Shown: positions 18,709 to 29,435, counted from the stretch's first letter. The stretch is DNA of 64,000 nt from Candidatus Aenigmatarchaeota archaeon (GCA_043802485.1 JAZDKZ010000006.1:2670-66669); one strand, 5' to 3'. Notes: a model not told the origin generated them from the sequence alone. Program-made: numbers and translations.

Positions 18709-19916
18709 ACTAGGTCTGATATTCCATATTCTACTGCGCTTGTTGCATCTATCTTGAACCATGTGTATATGGGGTCATAGTTGTTGTTTCTTATTTCACT
18801 GCCCGCAACGCCGTTCCAATATCTATAATCAACACAACTGGCGTCGTTGTCCACACCCACGCCAGCGCTGGTGATGTCTGGAAGATAAACAAAAGTTTCA
18901 AGGCCGAATGCGTACTCTGGCGACAAAGCGGTGTTGCCCTCCAGCCTGTCCAAGAAGCTTGCTCCATAAAGCGAGCTGTGATAGTATTCGCTCTTTATAT
19001 CCGAGGTGAGGTTTCCCAGGTCCCAGACTTTTTTCGTGTCATGGTCAAGGTATATCTTTGTTCCGTTCGCTATTGCCTGTCTTGCTCCTGCTGCGCCTGT
19101 TATTGCCTTGCCCCATATCCCAGGTGGAATCAAAGCATCGCTTTCTGACACAACACCTTTGAAAACCGAGGCTATGGACTCTTTGCCTGCTATGCTGTCT
19201 GTGACAAGTACCTTGTCAGAATATCCTGTGGTAAGTTCGGACGAGTCTATCACAAACGCCTCACCTGTCACGTAGCCTGAGGCATTGGTTCCTTCCACCA
19301 AGTAATGAGTTTCCTTGCTAGCATTGGACTGCCTTATGAACCTCACTACACGGCCGTAAGTATTAAGCGGGAATGTCGGATCCTCGACGCCCTCTATTGA
19401 GACCTGGACATCAGTAGATATACTCTTCAGGACGCCCATGACCTCTATCTTGTCAGAGATGTTGATGGAGATGTTGACGCTGAACAGAAGGTTGAAGCTG
19501 TCGCTCTGGTTTACGTAAATCTGAATGTTGTCGAACTCGACAAAGAAGCCGGACCTGTCAGCTATCTCGTTTATTCTTTCCTGCCAGAAGACTAGGTTGC
19601 TCTCGTCAACCAAAGGCGACGGCTCGCCATATAGCGTCCCGTTTATCATCATTTCCCCCAGTCTTAGCTGCGCGTCGTCCAGCCCTGTGCCGTTGACAAC
19701 TATCTTTGAGACAGCTGATATCAATGCCCTCTTGCCATTTATCTCTATGAATCTTTCCAGGTCCCTTTCTATGCTCTTGGAAAAATATTCCAGCTCATTC
19801 GCCCTGATGTCAGTGTCAATGTCCCTGATCTGGGACGACTGGGAATAGAATATTACCAAGGCCAGTATAGGTATCATCATCAGTGATATCATCGTACTGT
19901 AAAGTATGCCTTTCAT
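18705..19916 (-). CDS. Large pilin-like protein
   Basis: MKG|ILYS class III-like signal plus hydrophobic helix; co-oriented with other pilin-like genes. Confidence 0.7.
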   Translation of the reverse strand: MKGILYSTMISLMMIPILALVIFYSQSSQIRDIDTDIRANELEYFSKSIERDLERFIEINGKRALISAVSKIVVNGTGLDDAQLRLGEMMINGTLYGEPSPLVDESNLVFWQERINEIADRSGFFVEFDNIQIYVNQSDSFNLLFSVNISINISDKIEVMGVLKSISTDVQVSIEGVEDPTFPLNTYGRVVRFIRQSNASKETHYLVEGTNASGYVTGEAFVIDSSELTTGYSDKVLVTDSIAGKESIASVFKGVVSESDALIPPGIWGKAITGAAGARQAIANGTKIYLDHDTKKVWDLGNLTSDIKSEYYHSSLYGASFLDRLEGNTALSPEYAFGLETFVYLPDITSAGVGVDNDASCVDYRYWNGVAGSEIRNNNYDPIYTWFKIDATSAVEYGISDLV

Positions 19917-19917
19917 G

Positions 19918-21837
19918 TTAAACCCACATATTTAGTTTTATCTGCGCAGGCCCCCACATATAGGGAACTCCTGCAACGCTTACCGACTCGACGATTATGT
20001 CTATCGTTGAAACGTCCTCGCCCAACAAATCTTCTAATCTTTGGACAGCATCGTCTACAGCTTCTGCCTGCGTCTCGAATATTTCCCCATAGCTGATCGA
20101 TGCTGGTATCAAAAAGGTGGTATGGCCAAGCGAGTACTCTGGATTGATGGCATAGCCATCAGAAAAATTAAGCTCGAATTTGTTGTCGCCTGCTATCAGT
20201 ATACCGTCCGGGTTGGTGTCATGACCGAACCTGACGAACTCTATTATCAGAGGGTTGCTTGACGGATTGCTAGGATCATGATGATAAAGGACTTGATCGT
20301 TTGACAATGCCAGCTGCTCGGGGTCAGAACCGCTAAAGTAGAGCCAGGCCAGCTGCCATTTTGACAAGAGAGGTATTTTATTGGTAAGATTATAGTCCCA
20401 TCTCACATACCTGTAGAAACCGTAAAGATCCGGATTGGCGACAGAATAGTCTTCCATAGTCCTTGTAAGGTCTATAAAGTTGTAGATGTTCTCATCGTCT
20501 GAATAATTCAAACTCACGTAGGAATCCTCGCCTTCAATATATCTTTCATAGTCCGTGAGCTCTGCTCTGTGATATTCGTCCACATCCATCGAGAACCAAA
20601 AGTACCTTCCGCTCAGTTCGCCATAAGATATGCCATGATAGCTCAGGTTATTCTTCAATTCCTCATCGCTCCATTCGACTACGCCGTCCACAGGGGCTTT
20701 GGTGCTAAGGTCATACGAGCGCCCGTTAAGTAAAAATCTTAGCGTTACTTCCTCGACTTGCGTCTCGTCTGTGAGGTTTATATGGACGCTCATGTTGTAC
20801 AAGTCACCGACAATGAATATTGGTTTTTTGTACCTGATCGAGGCTTCTGACACGACAGTCTGGAAATATTGCCTGTCAAACTGCTCCAAGGTAGTGAGCT
20901 GTGTTGTGTTGTAGTGAACAACAAAATGGGTTGCCCCGTCATCGCCGCCTTCACAGCCTCCGCCTGCGTTCTCATCAGGATTCCCCCACCTGTATTCCAC
21001 ATTTCCCACGTTCCTTCCAGTGTGAAGGCTGTCTCTCAGATCATCATAAGTAAGCAGGGACCTTCCGCCATCAAGGGGATTACCAGTACTTTCAAAAAGA
21101 AAGTCTCCGTTTAGGAATATCTTGAATTTGTCGTCTGCCCAAGAAGATTCCACGAACCAGTAAGCGTCAGTGATGTTGGCACCGATCGGCACGTCTATAA
21201 TATAGCTGATGTTGACCCTGTTTCCGTTGCTACCCTTGCATCTGGTAATCTCGTCTGTTTTGGAGATGCTGCTGTATATGACATCCCCCATGACAATCAA
21301 GGTGTTGCTCTTCTCAACGCTCTTTGCAAGGGCCCTTGCAACATAGCCTTCTGTCGCTTTGTACTTTTCATAGCCTGATGCTATCCTGTTAGACGAGATG
21401 GCTATGGTAGAATCCTCGAATCTGGGCCTTGGCGTGTCTGACGAATTGTAGACCTCATCGTTGTCTATCAACAGGCCATAACCCAGGTTCTGGGGCACAA
21501 AGCTGTCCAGTATGTCCTTTGTGATGTTGGCTGCCTCGTCAGCCCTTCCTGCAGACCATAGCGCGCCTATAATGTCTATGGTCTTCTTGTCAACGTCAGT
21601 CTCGTTCAGAACGCCGATTGAGATATAGTAACTTAGAAGAGATGGCGAAGCGACCTCGCTTATCTTGGATTCGCTGAACACTGTGAGCACGTCCTCTGAC
21701 ATGGAATGCAGCTGCTGCGCTGCCAAATATGGGGAACTGGTCTCTATCCTGAAGAACAATAGGAAAGACAATACGAAAATCATCATGCCGAATGCTATTA
21801 TGGAATCCAGCGTGAAGACTATCCCTTTCAGCCCCAA
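19918..21837 (-). CDS. Large pilin-like or adhesin protein
   Basis: LKG|IVFTLDSII class III-like signal; 639 aa. Confidence 0.72.
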   Translation of the reverse strand: MGLKGIVFTLDSIIAFGMMIFVLSFLLFFRIETSSPYLAAQQLHSMSEDVLTVFSESKISEVASPSLLSYYISIGVLNETDVDKKTIDIIGALWSAGRADEAANITKDILDSFVPQNLGYGLLIDNDEVYNSSDTPRPRFEDSTIAISSNRIASGYEKYKATEGYVARALAKSVEKSNTLIVMGDVIYSSISKTDEITRCKGSNGNRVNISYIIDVPIGANITDAYWFVESSWADDKFKIFLNGDFLFESTGNPLDGGRSLLTYDDLRDSLHTGRNVGNVEYRWGNPDENAGGGCEGGDDGATHFVVHYNTTQLTTLEQFDRQYFQTVVSEASIRYKKPIFIVGDLYNMSVHINLTDETQVEEVTLRFLLNGRSYDLSTKAPVDGVVEWSDEELKNNLSYHGISYGELSGRYFWFSMDVDEYHRAELTDYERYIEGEDSYVSLNYSDDENIYNFIDLTRTMEDYSVANPDLYGFYRYVRWDYNLTNKIPLLSKWQLAWLYFSGSDPEQLALSNDQVLYHHDPSNPSSNPLIIEFVRFGHDTNPDGILIAGDNKFELNFSDGYAINPEYSLGHTTFLIPASISYGEIFETQAEAVDDAVQRLEDLLGEDVSTIDIIVESVSVAGVPYMWGPAQIKLNMWV

Positions 21838-22325
21838 AGTATTACCTCCAGTATTACTTTCTTGTTGGCAGAAGTAATGTCAGCTATGCCGAGCCTCTTT
21901 ATCGAGACAACGTTTTTTGTATTGACAAGCGGCAGACCGAAAGAGTAGACCTCACCGCCTTCATCTATTGTTGCTCCGGTCTCGTTTTTCAGGCTTATGT
22001 TGAGATTATAGACACCTGTCCCAAGCATTACTTTGACGTCCTGGTGGTCAAGCTTTTTCAGCTCAAGGAACTTTGTCAGGTTGATTTTACCAGCGTCATG
22101 AAGGCCTATTACATTGACGCTTGTGGCGTCCCAATACTCTGGGTTGCCGCTGCTTGTGGCGAGAAGGTCTGACACGCTTATGGCTTTCCTTTGCATGTCG
22201 TTCAGCAGGTAGCTCTGATATATGTCGTTCTGCATGTTGTTGTAATAGAATATCAGTATCAATAGGACGGAAAGGAACAATATAATGCTTGTTATGAAAT
22301 CAGTGGAGAAGAGTTCAGCTTTCAA
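21828..22325 (-). CDS. Minor pilin-like protein
   Basis: MKA|ELFSTDF plus hydrophobic helix. Confidence 0.72.
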   Translation of the reverse strand: MKAELFSTDFITSIILFLSVLLILIFYYNNMQNDIYQSYLLNDMQRKAISVSDLLATSSGNPEYWDATSVNVIGLHDAGKINLTKFLELKKLDHQDVKVMLGTGVYNLNISLKNETGATIDEGGEVYSFGLPLVNTKNVVSIKRLGIADITSANKKVILEVILWG

Positions 22326-22719
22326 CCACTATCACCCCCGCGTTGTTCGATATCCTGTTAAGGCCTGGAACCATCGCCCCGCTTATGTTCTCGGTCACTA
22401 GGGTTGACATGACATTGTTCACGCCCCAACTAATCTCAACCATCCTGATATCCTTGTGGAATATTATGGAATATACATCGCCGTTGACCAGCTTTTGCGG
22501 CAGGCGGAACTCCCTGTAGTAGCCGTCGAACCTTGCTGCTATGCCGATTTCGTCCGATATCTTGTCCGCGATGCTCTGCGCATTGCTGTAAAGAGTTGCC
22601 TGGTTTATCTCCTTTGTCTTGCCGCCTATTATGGCAAAGAAGAACACGAAAAAAGTTAGAAGAATGCCTATAAACACCAAGAACTCTATGGAGATCTCAC
22701 CCTTTCGTGATGTTGACAT
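22315..22719 (-). CDS. Minor pilin
   Basis: RKG|EISIEFL class III signal. Confidence 0.8.
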   Translation of the reverse strand: MSTSRKGEISIEFLVFIGILLTFFVFFFAIIGGKTKEINQATLYSNAQSIADKISDEIGIAARFDGYYREFRLPQKLVNGDVYSIIFHKDIRMVEISWGVNNVMSTLVTENISGAMVPGLNRISNNAGVIVVES

Positions 22720-23101
22720 AGTTCTCCTCTGCTATGACCTTTATCTTTTTCATGCCAGAATCCGAAGAGATGTCTCCTTGCAGCGGGGCCTTTGACGTTG
22801 CGATGATGTCGCTTATGCTGGAGCTAATCATCACCTTTATCACTATTGTGTTGCCGACGAATTCTACCGAGCTCACCTTCTCAGGAATGTATACTGACAG
22901 TGTTATCTGCGACGGCTTGCCCTGCGTGTAGACTATGTTGGAGGCGTCCACTATCTTGTTGACAGCCATTATTGCATTGGCCACTATCATGTCGTCCCTG
23001 TTCCTTTCAGTCATTTGCTGCGAGTACCAGACAAGGATTCCTAGAAGCAGAAGGGCTATGGAAAAAAGTATCAAATACTCGAAAGCAGCTTGGCCACGCA
23101 T
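22697..23101 (-). CDS. Minor pilin
   Basis: MRG|QAAFEYL class III signal. Confidence 0.82.
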   Translation of the reverse strand: MRGQAAFEYLILFSIALLLLGILVWYSQQMTERNRDDMIVANAIMAVNKIVDASNIVYTQGKPSQITLSVYIPEKVSSVEFVGNTIVIKVMISSSISDIIATSKAPLQGDISSDSGMKKIKVIAEENYVNITKG

Positions 23102-23136
23102 AATTATATATAATTTGTTCTTATATAAGAAAAACT

Positions 23137-24786
23137 ATGGCAAACATCTGGAATTCTTTGAAATTTGAGATAGCAGATGTTCTTGAAGTTAATGTTGAGG
23201 AGATAGAGGAGCCTGATAAGTATGGCGACCTTGCCTATCCGTGTTTCAGTCTTTCAAAGAAGCTGAAGAAGAATCCTAACGAGATAGCAAAGGACTTGGC
23301 TGGAAAGCTGAAAATAAAGTTTATCAAAAAGATAGAAGCGATAGGGCCTTATATAAATTTTTTTGTGGACTGGGATGAATTCGGGAACGCGCTTCTGGAA
23401 AGTATCGATGAAGAATACGGTTCGTCTGAAGAAGGAGGAACTGTGATTATGGACGTTTTCCAGGCAAACCCTTTCAAAGCCTTCCACATAGGTCATGTCA
23501 AGAACGCGGCTACAGGCGAGGCGATAAGAAGGATGCTAGAAAAGACTGGTATGAAGACTATCACTGTCAATTATAATGGCGATGTTGGCATACATGTGGC
23601 CAGGTGGCTGCTCTACTACAACAGGTTCTGCAATGGACAAGTTCCTGAAGACTTTACAAGATTCTCGGGCGAGATATATGCAAAGTCGTCGCAGTTGTCC
23701 AAGGAAGACCCCAAATTCGAGGAGGATGCCCAGGAGCTTAATAGAAAAATAGACCAAAGAGACCCTTCTATAGTTGGGCAGTGGAAAAAGCTCAGGGACC
23801 TATGCTACAGGGACATTGAGAGAATAAGGAAAGACTTGAATGTCAAAGTGGATGTGATGATACCTGAGAGCGAATGCGAGGAACCTGGCAAAAATATCGT
23901 GATGGAGCTCTTCAAAAAAGGAAAGCTTGCCAAGAGCGAGGGCGCGCTGGGCATAGACATGGAAAAACACGGCTTGGGATTCTTCATAATGTTAAAGTCT
24001 GACGGAACAGCAATATACGCCACAAAGGACGTCGGTTTGTTGCATCTGAAGCAGGAGAAGTTCGAGTTCGACCGTATGATATACGTAGTAGGGTCTGAAC
24101 AGAACTTCTATTTCAAGCAGCTCTTCAAGGCGTTCGATTCCCTTGGCTTATATCCTCTTGAGAAAAGTAAGCATGTGTCTCACGGGGTTGTGACGCTAAA
24201 GGATGGCAAGATGGCCTCAAGGCTCGGCAACGTGATAACCTACGAAGACCTCAGGGACATAATGATAAAGAGGGTTCTTGAGGAGATAGAAGCTAAGAAT
24301 CCTGACATGGAAAACAAAGATGATACTGCTAAGAAAATAGCATTGGGCGCTATAATGTTCCAGATGCTTGACATGGAAAACAACAAATCGATAAAATTCG
24401 ACTGGGAGCAGGCGCTTGACATCCAGGGGAGATCAGGGCCGTATTTGCAGTATTCGCTTGTCAGGGCCCTTAACATAATCAAAAAGGACTCGGTCGGTAG
24501 CTATGATGCCTCGATGCTGAAGGAGGAAGCTGAAATTAATTTGATGAAGAAAATAGCAAAGTTTCCTGATATTGTAAAGAATGCTACTGACAATTATGCT
24601 CCCAATACCATAGCCAACTATCTTTTCGAGCTGTCTCAAAACTTTAATTCTTTCTACCAGTCAGTGCAGGTCCTTAAAGCAGAAGAAGACTTGAAGAATG
24701 CTAGGCTGAAGCTTGTAGAAGCTTTCGCCATAGTTATGAAATCTGGTATTTACCTTCTCAATATACCTTTCTTAGAAAAGATGTGA
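23137..24786 (+). CDS. argS: Arginyl-tRNA synthetase
   Basis: GPYINF, HIGH, KMASRLGN, GPYLQY motifs. Confidence 0.96.
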   Translation: MANIWNSLKFEIADVLEVNVEEIEEPDKYGDLAYPCFSLSKKLKKNPNEIAKDLAGKLKIKFIKKIEAIGPYINFFVDWDEFGNALLESIDEEYGSSEEGGTVIMDVFQANPFKAFHIGHVKNAATGEAIRRMLEKTGMKTITVNYNGDVGIHVARWLLYYNRFCNGQVPEDFTRFSGEIYAKSSQLSKEDPKFEEDAQELNRKIDQRDPSIVGQWKKLRDLCYRDIERIRKDLNVKVDVMIPESECEEPGKNIVMELFKKGKLAKSEGALGIDMEKHGLGFFIMLKSDGTAIYATKDVGLLHLKQEKFEFDRMIYVVGSEQNFYFKQLFKAFDSLGLYPLEKSKHVSHGVVTLKDGKMASRLGNVITYEDLRDIMIKRVLEEIEAKNPDMENKDDTAKKIALGAIMFQMLDMENNKSIKFDWEQALDIQGRSGPYLQYSLVRALNIIKKDSVGSYDASMLKEEAEINLMKKIAKFPDIVKNATDNYAPNTIANYLFELSQNFNSFYQSVQVLKAEEDLKNARLKLVEAFAIVMKSGIYLLNIPFLEKM

Positions 24787-25293
24787 TTATGTGAATTTCA
24801 GCAAAGACTGTATCTTGTCTATCGAGCTGTAGACGTTGTTAAGGTTCACGCCTATCATGGGGACTTGGAAGTTCTTTTTCTGCATCTCAAGCTCCAGTTC
24901 TTCCATGAAAATGCCCTTTCCCGGGGTGCTCCTTCTGCCGTTTCTCACCTGATGGACGCCGCATGTTTTCGAGAACTCTACGCCTATAATGCCCAAGACC
25001 TTGTAGTCCTTTTTCATGTAGGTCTCTATCCTTTCCAATACTTGGGAAGACATCTTCTGGCAGTTCTGCTTAAAGCCGTTGTTTTCGTACGAACCCTTTG
25101 TGGCAGGTCTTCTATCCAAACCGTTGTTAAACTCCATCTGCGGGCATTCCAGCTGTACTATACCTACACCTGATTCTGCAAAAAGCTCCAAAAGATCTTT
25201 GACAGAACCGGCAAAACTAGCCTTGCCTACTGGCATTGTGTTCTGATTTAGAAGGCAGTGTGATACAAATACAATTTTCTTTCCCCGTTTCAT
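24787..25293 (-). CDS. TudS/DUF523-related putative Fe-S protein
   Basis: SHCLLNQN, QLECP, GVEFSKTCGV. Confidence 0.72.
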   Translation of the reverse strand: MKRGKKIVFVSHCLLNQNTMPVGKASFAGSVKDLLELFAESGVGIVQLECPQMEFNNGLDRRPATKGSYENNGFKQNCQKMSSQVLERIETYMKKDYKVLGIIGVEFSKTCGVHQVRNGRRSTPGKGIFMEELELEMQKKNFQVPMIGVNLNNVYSSIDKIQSLLKFT

Positions 25294-25445
25294 GTATTAG
25301 AGTATTGATACCTATGTCTTATAAACTTACTCATAACAAGTAGTAAAAGTAAAGGCGAAGACGTCAATCAACGAGTCAAGTCGTAATTTTAAATATTTTG
25401 AGGACTTAAATGTTATTCTAGGCTTATTTTTAGACTCTGTTATTT

Positions 25446-25460
25446 TATACTTTTAGTATA
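25446..25460. promoter_or_regulatory. Palindromic operator TATACT-TTT-AGTATA next to a TATA box
   Basis: Perfect inverted repeat abutting TTTTTAAA; resembles TACT-N3-AGTA TrmB sites; TrmB-family gene nearby. Confidence 0.5.
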
Positions 25461-25494
25461 GATTTTTAAAGCTTTAGAAATCAGTATTCACTAC

Positions 25495-26245
25495 TTGAAA
25501 GGTGAAAAAAATATGTTTAAAAAAGAGCCCACTTTAGAAGGCACCATAAAATATTTCATAAATAATGTCAATTGGACTAACAAAATAGGGAAAGGTATTG
25601 GGTTTTTGAACTCATTAGATATACCTTATGAAATTGTGAATAAAAGAAGACAGATAGAAGAATTTACTTACTTGCCGCTTTTTCAAATGAAAGAGGATGA
25701 TTATCACCTGTCCAAGGGAGGAGACCGTGATGACATCAATGAGAAAAAAAAAATATGATTTCATAGGCGGGGAGGAAAGAAAGAAGGCCTTTAGAACAGC
25801 TGCAGAGAATGGGGCTTTACTAAAGGCTATTACCGAATACAAAGGCGTTGCCAAGGGCGGCCAGGTTGCCAGAAACATTAACGACCTTTTGAAAGTGGGC
25901 TTTAAAGTCAGATGCTTGGATTATCCTCTTTACGGAGCCCTTAATTGCATAGACAAGGAAAAATCCATATGTGTTTGGAACAGTTTTCTGTTAGATCAAA
26001 ACTATAAAAGGGTGGACGGCTTTCCCCAAGATCCTAGTAAAATGAGATATGAGGGTATGATATTAGATGGTAAGACCCCTGAGCATACACCATTTATTAA
26101 ACGTTTTGAGAAAATCTTTACAGACATGTGGGACAAGGCCGTTCCTGCGCAAAAGGTTTTGGATGATTTAGAAGAAAAAAGAAACAATTACCGCAATTTT
26201 AAACCTAAAGATAACGCAATCAGTGAATTATACAGAATGGAATAG
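25495..26245 (+). pseudogene. Hypothetical protein split by a frameshift in an A10 run (25744-25753)
   Basis: Removing one A joins ...DINEKKK to YDFIGGEE... as one ORF. Confidence 0.55.
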
Positions 26246-27055
26246 TCACTTTAGCTTTTCCCACCAAAAGTTAAAGTTTTCTTTCAACGTCTCAACCAAG
26301 ATGTTGTTGTTGGAGGTTATGAGCTCGTACTCATCTCTCGAATCAGAACTAGGCTTGCCGTATGAATCTATGCCAGTGTCGTTTGTGCTGGTTTTTATGG
26401 CTATAGAGATTAGTTTTCCGTCTACTATGTGCCCCCTTAACAAGCCGTTGTAACCACTTCTTACAGAAATTCCGATTTTTTTGGCAAGATTTATGTTTTT
26501 TTCCAACAACTTGTTTTTGGGATTGCCGGCAATAGCCTTTATCTTAATACCACTTTTAATTATGTATTTTATCGCATTGATGTTTTCTGATAGCCATGAC
26601 AAATCACCGGAAAAAATCAGAACCTCGTCCTTTGCCATTCCCTTCTGCTCGTCTAGAATGTTGCGTATGTTAGACCTCTTTTCTGTGAACCATACCTCCT
26701 TTTTCTTTTCTCTCATGATTTCCGGAGATATTTCTGAAAGCAAGCTTATTATTTTTTTACTATCAGTCTTCATTTCTTTGATGTTTTTATCAAAATTGTT
26801 TTTTTTCAATTCGATGAGATTATTTATTGCCTTCTGCGGTTTTTGGGGCCTGAACTTTTTGGGCCTGCCCTTGCTTATCAGAACAAACCCCTTCTTCTGT
26901 AGTTCTGTCAAAGTGTCATAAACTCTGGGCAGCGGTATGTTTCCCAAAGACGAAATCTGATCAGCTGTAGCTATTCCTAGCTTTAGTAGACTGATGTATG
27001 CCTTTATCTCATATTCTGTCAGACCAAAGTCCCTCAGTATCTTTTCGTCTTCCAT
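26246..27055 (-). CDS. TrmB-family transcriptional regulator
   Basis: FGLTEYEIKAY...IPLPRVYDTL..L.KKGFV....GRPKKF. Confidence 0.92.
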   Translation of the reverse strand: MEDEKILRDFGLTEYEIKAYISLLKLGIATADQISSLGNIPLPRVYDTLTELQKKGFVLISKGRPKKFRPQKPQKAINNLIELKKNNFDKNIKEMKTDSKKIISLLSEISPEIMREKKKEVWFTEKRSNIRNILDEQKGMAKDEVLIFSGDLSWLSENINAIKYIIKSGIKIKAIAGNPKNKLLEKNINLAKKIGISVRSGYNGLLRGHIVDGKLISIAIKTSTNDTGIDSYGKPSSDSRDEYELITSNNNILVETLKENFNFWWEKLK

Positions 27056-27185
27056 TTAATCATCATTGAATTTAACTCTTAGAGAGTAAAAAGTAGTAAT
27101 CCCCTGAACTATTTAAAAGTTTGTTTATTTTTGGTACAAATACTGTACAAAATTGTTTTATAAAAAATAAAATTAATTCTCTATT

Positions 27186-27602
27186 ATGAAGTTCAGGTTT
27201 TTGGAGGATATGGCAAAGGCTGATGTGGCCTTCGAAGCTTTTGGCAAGACCTTGGAGGAGGCTTTTGGCAACGCTGCTCTGGCCATGTTCGAGGTGCAGA
27301 CGGACGTGGAAAAGGTCAAGCCTTCCATTTCTAATAATATTGAATTGGTTTCTGAGAACAAGGAATCTCTATTGTTCGACTGGCTTTCCGAGCTAATCTA
27401 TCTGAGAGACACAAAGAGCATGTTCTTCAGCAAGTTTGAGATTAAGATAGAAAGGAATGAAAAGTTCAAATTAACTGGCAAGATTTTTGGAGACAAGATT
27501 GAAGGCTATGAGCTGAGGACAGAGGTGAAAGGCGTTTCTTATCAGATGATGAAGATAGATGAAGAGCCAGAGTTCAAAATCAGAGTCATTCTGGACGTGT
27601 GA
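27186..27602 (+). CDS. Archease
   Basis: ADVAFEAFGKTLEEAF.NAA, EVKGVSY, C-terminal LDV. Confidence 0.93.
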   Translation: MKFRFLEDMAKADVAFEAFGKTLEEAFGNAALAMFEVQTDVEKVKPSISNNIELVSENKESLLFDWLSELIYLRDTKSMFFSKFEIKIERNEKFKLTGKIFGDKIEGYELRTEVKGVSYQMMKIDEEPEFKIRVILDV

Positions 27603-27650
27603 AATCACTACTGTTCAGTATTTAAAGTTTATCATTTAAATCTTGTTAAG

Positions 27651-27935
27651 TTGATTTGTATGACAGGATTCGATAAAGCTATGAGGGTTTCATTGGACAG
27701 CCTAAAGTTCCATCTGAGACAAGAAGACATGTCTCGGGACGAAATATGCATAAAGACAAAGGCTGATATGCTGCTTGACCTTGTTAAGAAAAGAAAGAGG
27801 ACTGTCCCTGAACTGTGCAGCATACTTGATGTTGAAGAGAGGACTATAAGAAACTGGATAGATGCGCTTGAAATGAAGAACCTTCTCAAAGTCGAGACCT
27901 CCTTGCTTGGCGACTGGTTTATTGTTGGTTGCTAA
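27651..27935 (+). CDS. Small winged-helix protein
   Basis: HTH pattern similar to the N-terminus of 17247-18092. Confidence 0.6.
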   Translation: MICMTGFDKAMRVSLDSLKFHLRQEDMSRDEICIKTKADMLLDLVKKRKRTVPELCSILDVEERTIRNWIDALEMKNLLKVETSLLGDWFIVGC

Positions 27936-27973
27936 ACTTTCATAATATTCTAATAGAAAACTAATCCGTAATG

Positions 27974-28001
27974 TGCGGAGGGCAGGATTTGAACCTGCGA
28001 A
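27974..28001 (-). other. Isolated 3' fragment of a tRNA (Leu-like; T arm plus acceptor strand)
   Basis: Minus strand TTC-GCAGG-TTCAAAT-CCTGC-CCTCCGC-A immediately after the rtcB stop codon; no 5' half nearby. Confidence 0.75.
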
Positions 28002-29435
28002 TTAACCTTTGACAACACCCAAAGGCTTCAATCTACAGACAATCTTGCTTACGCCTGCCTTCTCACATGTCTCGACGACTTCTGAAACGTTCTTGTAGGC
28101 AAAGTCAGCTTCCTCTGCTAACGTCTTCCAGCCAGCGCTCATAATAGAAATTCCTCTTTTTTCCAGGTCATTCTTCACATCTTCCCCTCTTTGCTTCTGG
28201 CGTGCCGCGTGCCTTGACATCACCCTGCCAGCTCCGTGAGCAGTGCTGAAAAAAGTGTCCTTTCCTGTTTCAGCCCCCACGAGCAAGTATGAACATGTTC
28301 CCATTGAACCGCCTATTATGACAGGTTGGCCAATCTTCTTGTAAATAGACGGCAGAGCCTGATGGCCTGGTGGGAAGCCTCTTGTGGAGCCTTTCCTATG
28401 TATCCATACATTTGACTTTTTCCCGTCGATTTCATGCTCTTCCAACTTTATTATGTTGTGGCTGACGTCATAGATTAACCCCAAGTCCAACTCTTCTGCG
28501 CTTCTTCTGAAAACCTCTGCAAAGCTTTCCCTTACCCAGTGAAGTATCATCTGCCTGTTGGCAAGGGCGAAATTGACAGCACAGCAGGCAGCCTTGAAAT
28601 AGTTCTGGCCCTCGTTGCTCTGGGCTGGCGCGCATGCCAGCTCCCTGTCAGGAATGTCTATCTTGTACTTCCTCATAGCCCCTTCCATGACTCTAATATA
28701 ATCGGTGGCAACCTGATGGCCTAACCCTCTTGAGCCGCAATGAATCATGGCAGTTATCTGCCCCTCTTTCTCTATTCCCATTGCCTTTGCAACCTCGGGA
28801 AGGAATATCTTGTCCACCCTCTGCACTTCCAGATAGTGGTTGCCAGAACCCAGGCTCCCAAGCTGTGGCATGCCCCTCTGCTTTGCCTTGTCCGAGACCT
28901 TTGATGGGTTTGCGTCCCTCATGCTTCCATTGTCTTCCATGCATTCCAGATCCTTTTTCCAGCCATAGCCGTTCTTTACAGCCCACTCGGCTCCTGAATT
29001 TAAAACAGAATCCAGTTGATTATAGTTTAGCCTTATCTTGCCCTTTGATCCCAGACCGCTTGGAACGTTCCTGAAAATCTTTTCTATCAGTTCCTTTATT
29101 TTCGGCTTGAGGTCCTTTTCATCAAGATTGGTTCTGAGCATCCTGACCCCACATGATATGTCATAGCCGCAAAACCCTGGTGAAATTATGCCTTTGTTAA
29201 AGTCGAAAGCGCCCACAGCTCCGATAGGAGCACCGTAGCCTTCGTGTGCGTCTGGTAGTAAGGCAATGTGCTTCAGAACTCCTGGAAGGCTGGCGCAGTT
29301 CACTGCCTGACCTACTGTCCTGTCCCCTTCGATGCTCTTCATCATCTGTTCAGAAGCATGAAGCCTGACAGGAACCAGCATCTTGCCGGTTTTGGGTATC
29401 TCCCAAGTAACGTCGTTTATCCTTTTCATCTGCAT
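28002..29435 (-). CDS. rtcB: tRNA-splicing ligase RtcB
   Basis: PDAHEGYG, GYDISCGVR, GSGNHY, HCGSRG, HRKG, STAHGAGR. Confidence 0.97.
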   Translation of the reverse strand: MQMKRINDVTWEIPKTGKMLVPVRLHASEQMMKSIEGDRTVGQAVNCASLPGVLKHIALLPDAHEGYGAPIGAVGAFDFNKGIISPGFCGYDISCGVRMLRTNLDEKDLKPKIKELIEKIFRNVPSGLGSKGKIRLNYNQLDSVLNSGAEWAVKNGYGWKKDLECMEDNGSMRDANPSKVSDKAKQRGMPQLGSLGSGNHYLEVQRVDKIFLPEVAKAMGIEKEGQITAMIHCGSRGLGHQVATDYIRVMEGAMRKYKIDIPDRELACAPAQSNEGQNYFKAACCAVNFALANRQMILHWVRESFAEVFRRSAEELDLGLIYDVSHNIIKLEEHEIDGKKSNVWIHRKGSTRGFPPGHQALPSIYKKIGQPVIIGGSMGTCSYLLVGAETGKDTFFSTAHGAGRVMSRHAARQKQRGEDVKNDLEKRGISIMSAGWKTLAEEADFAYKNVSEVVETCEKAGVSKIVCRLKPLGVVKG

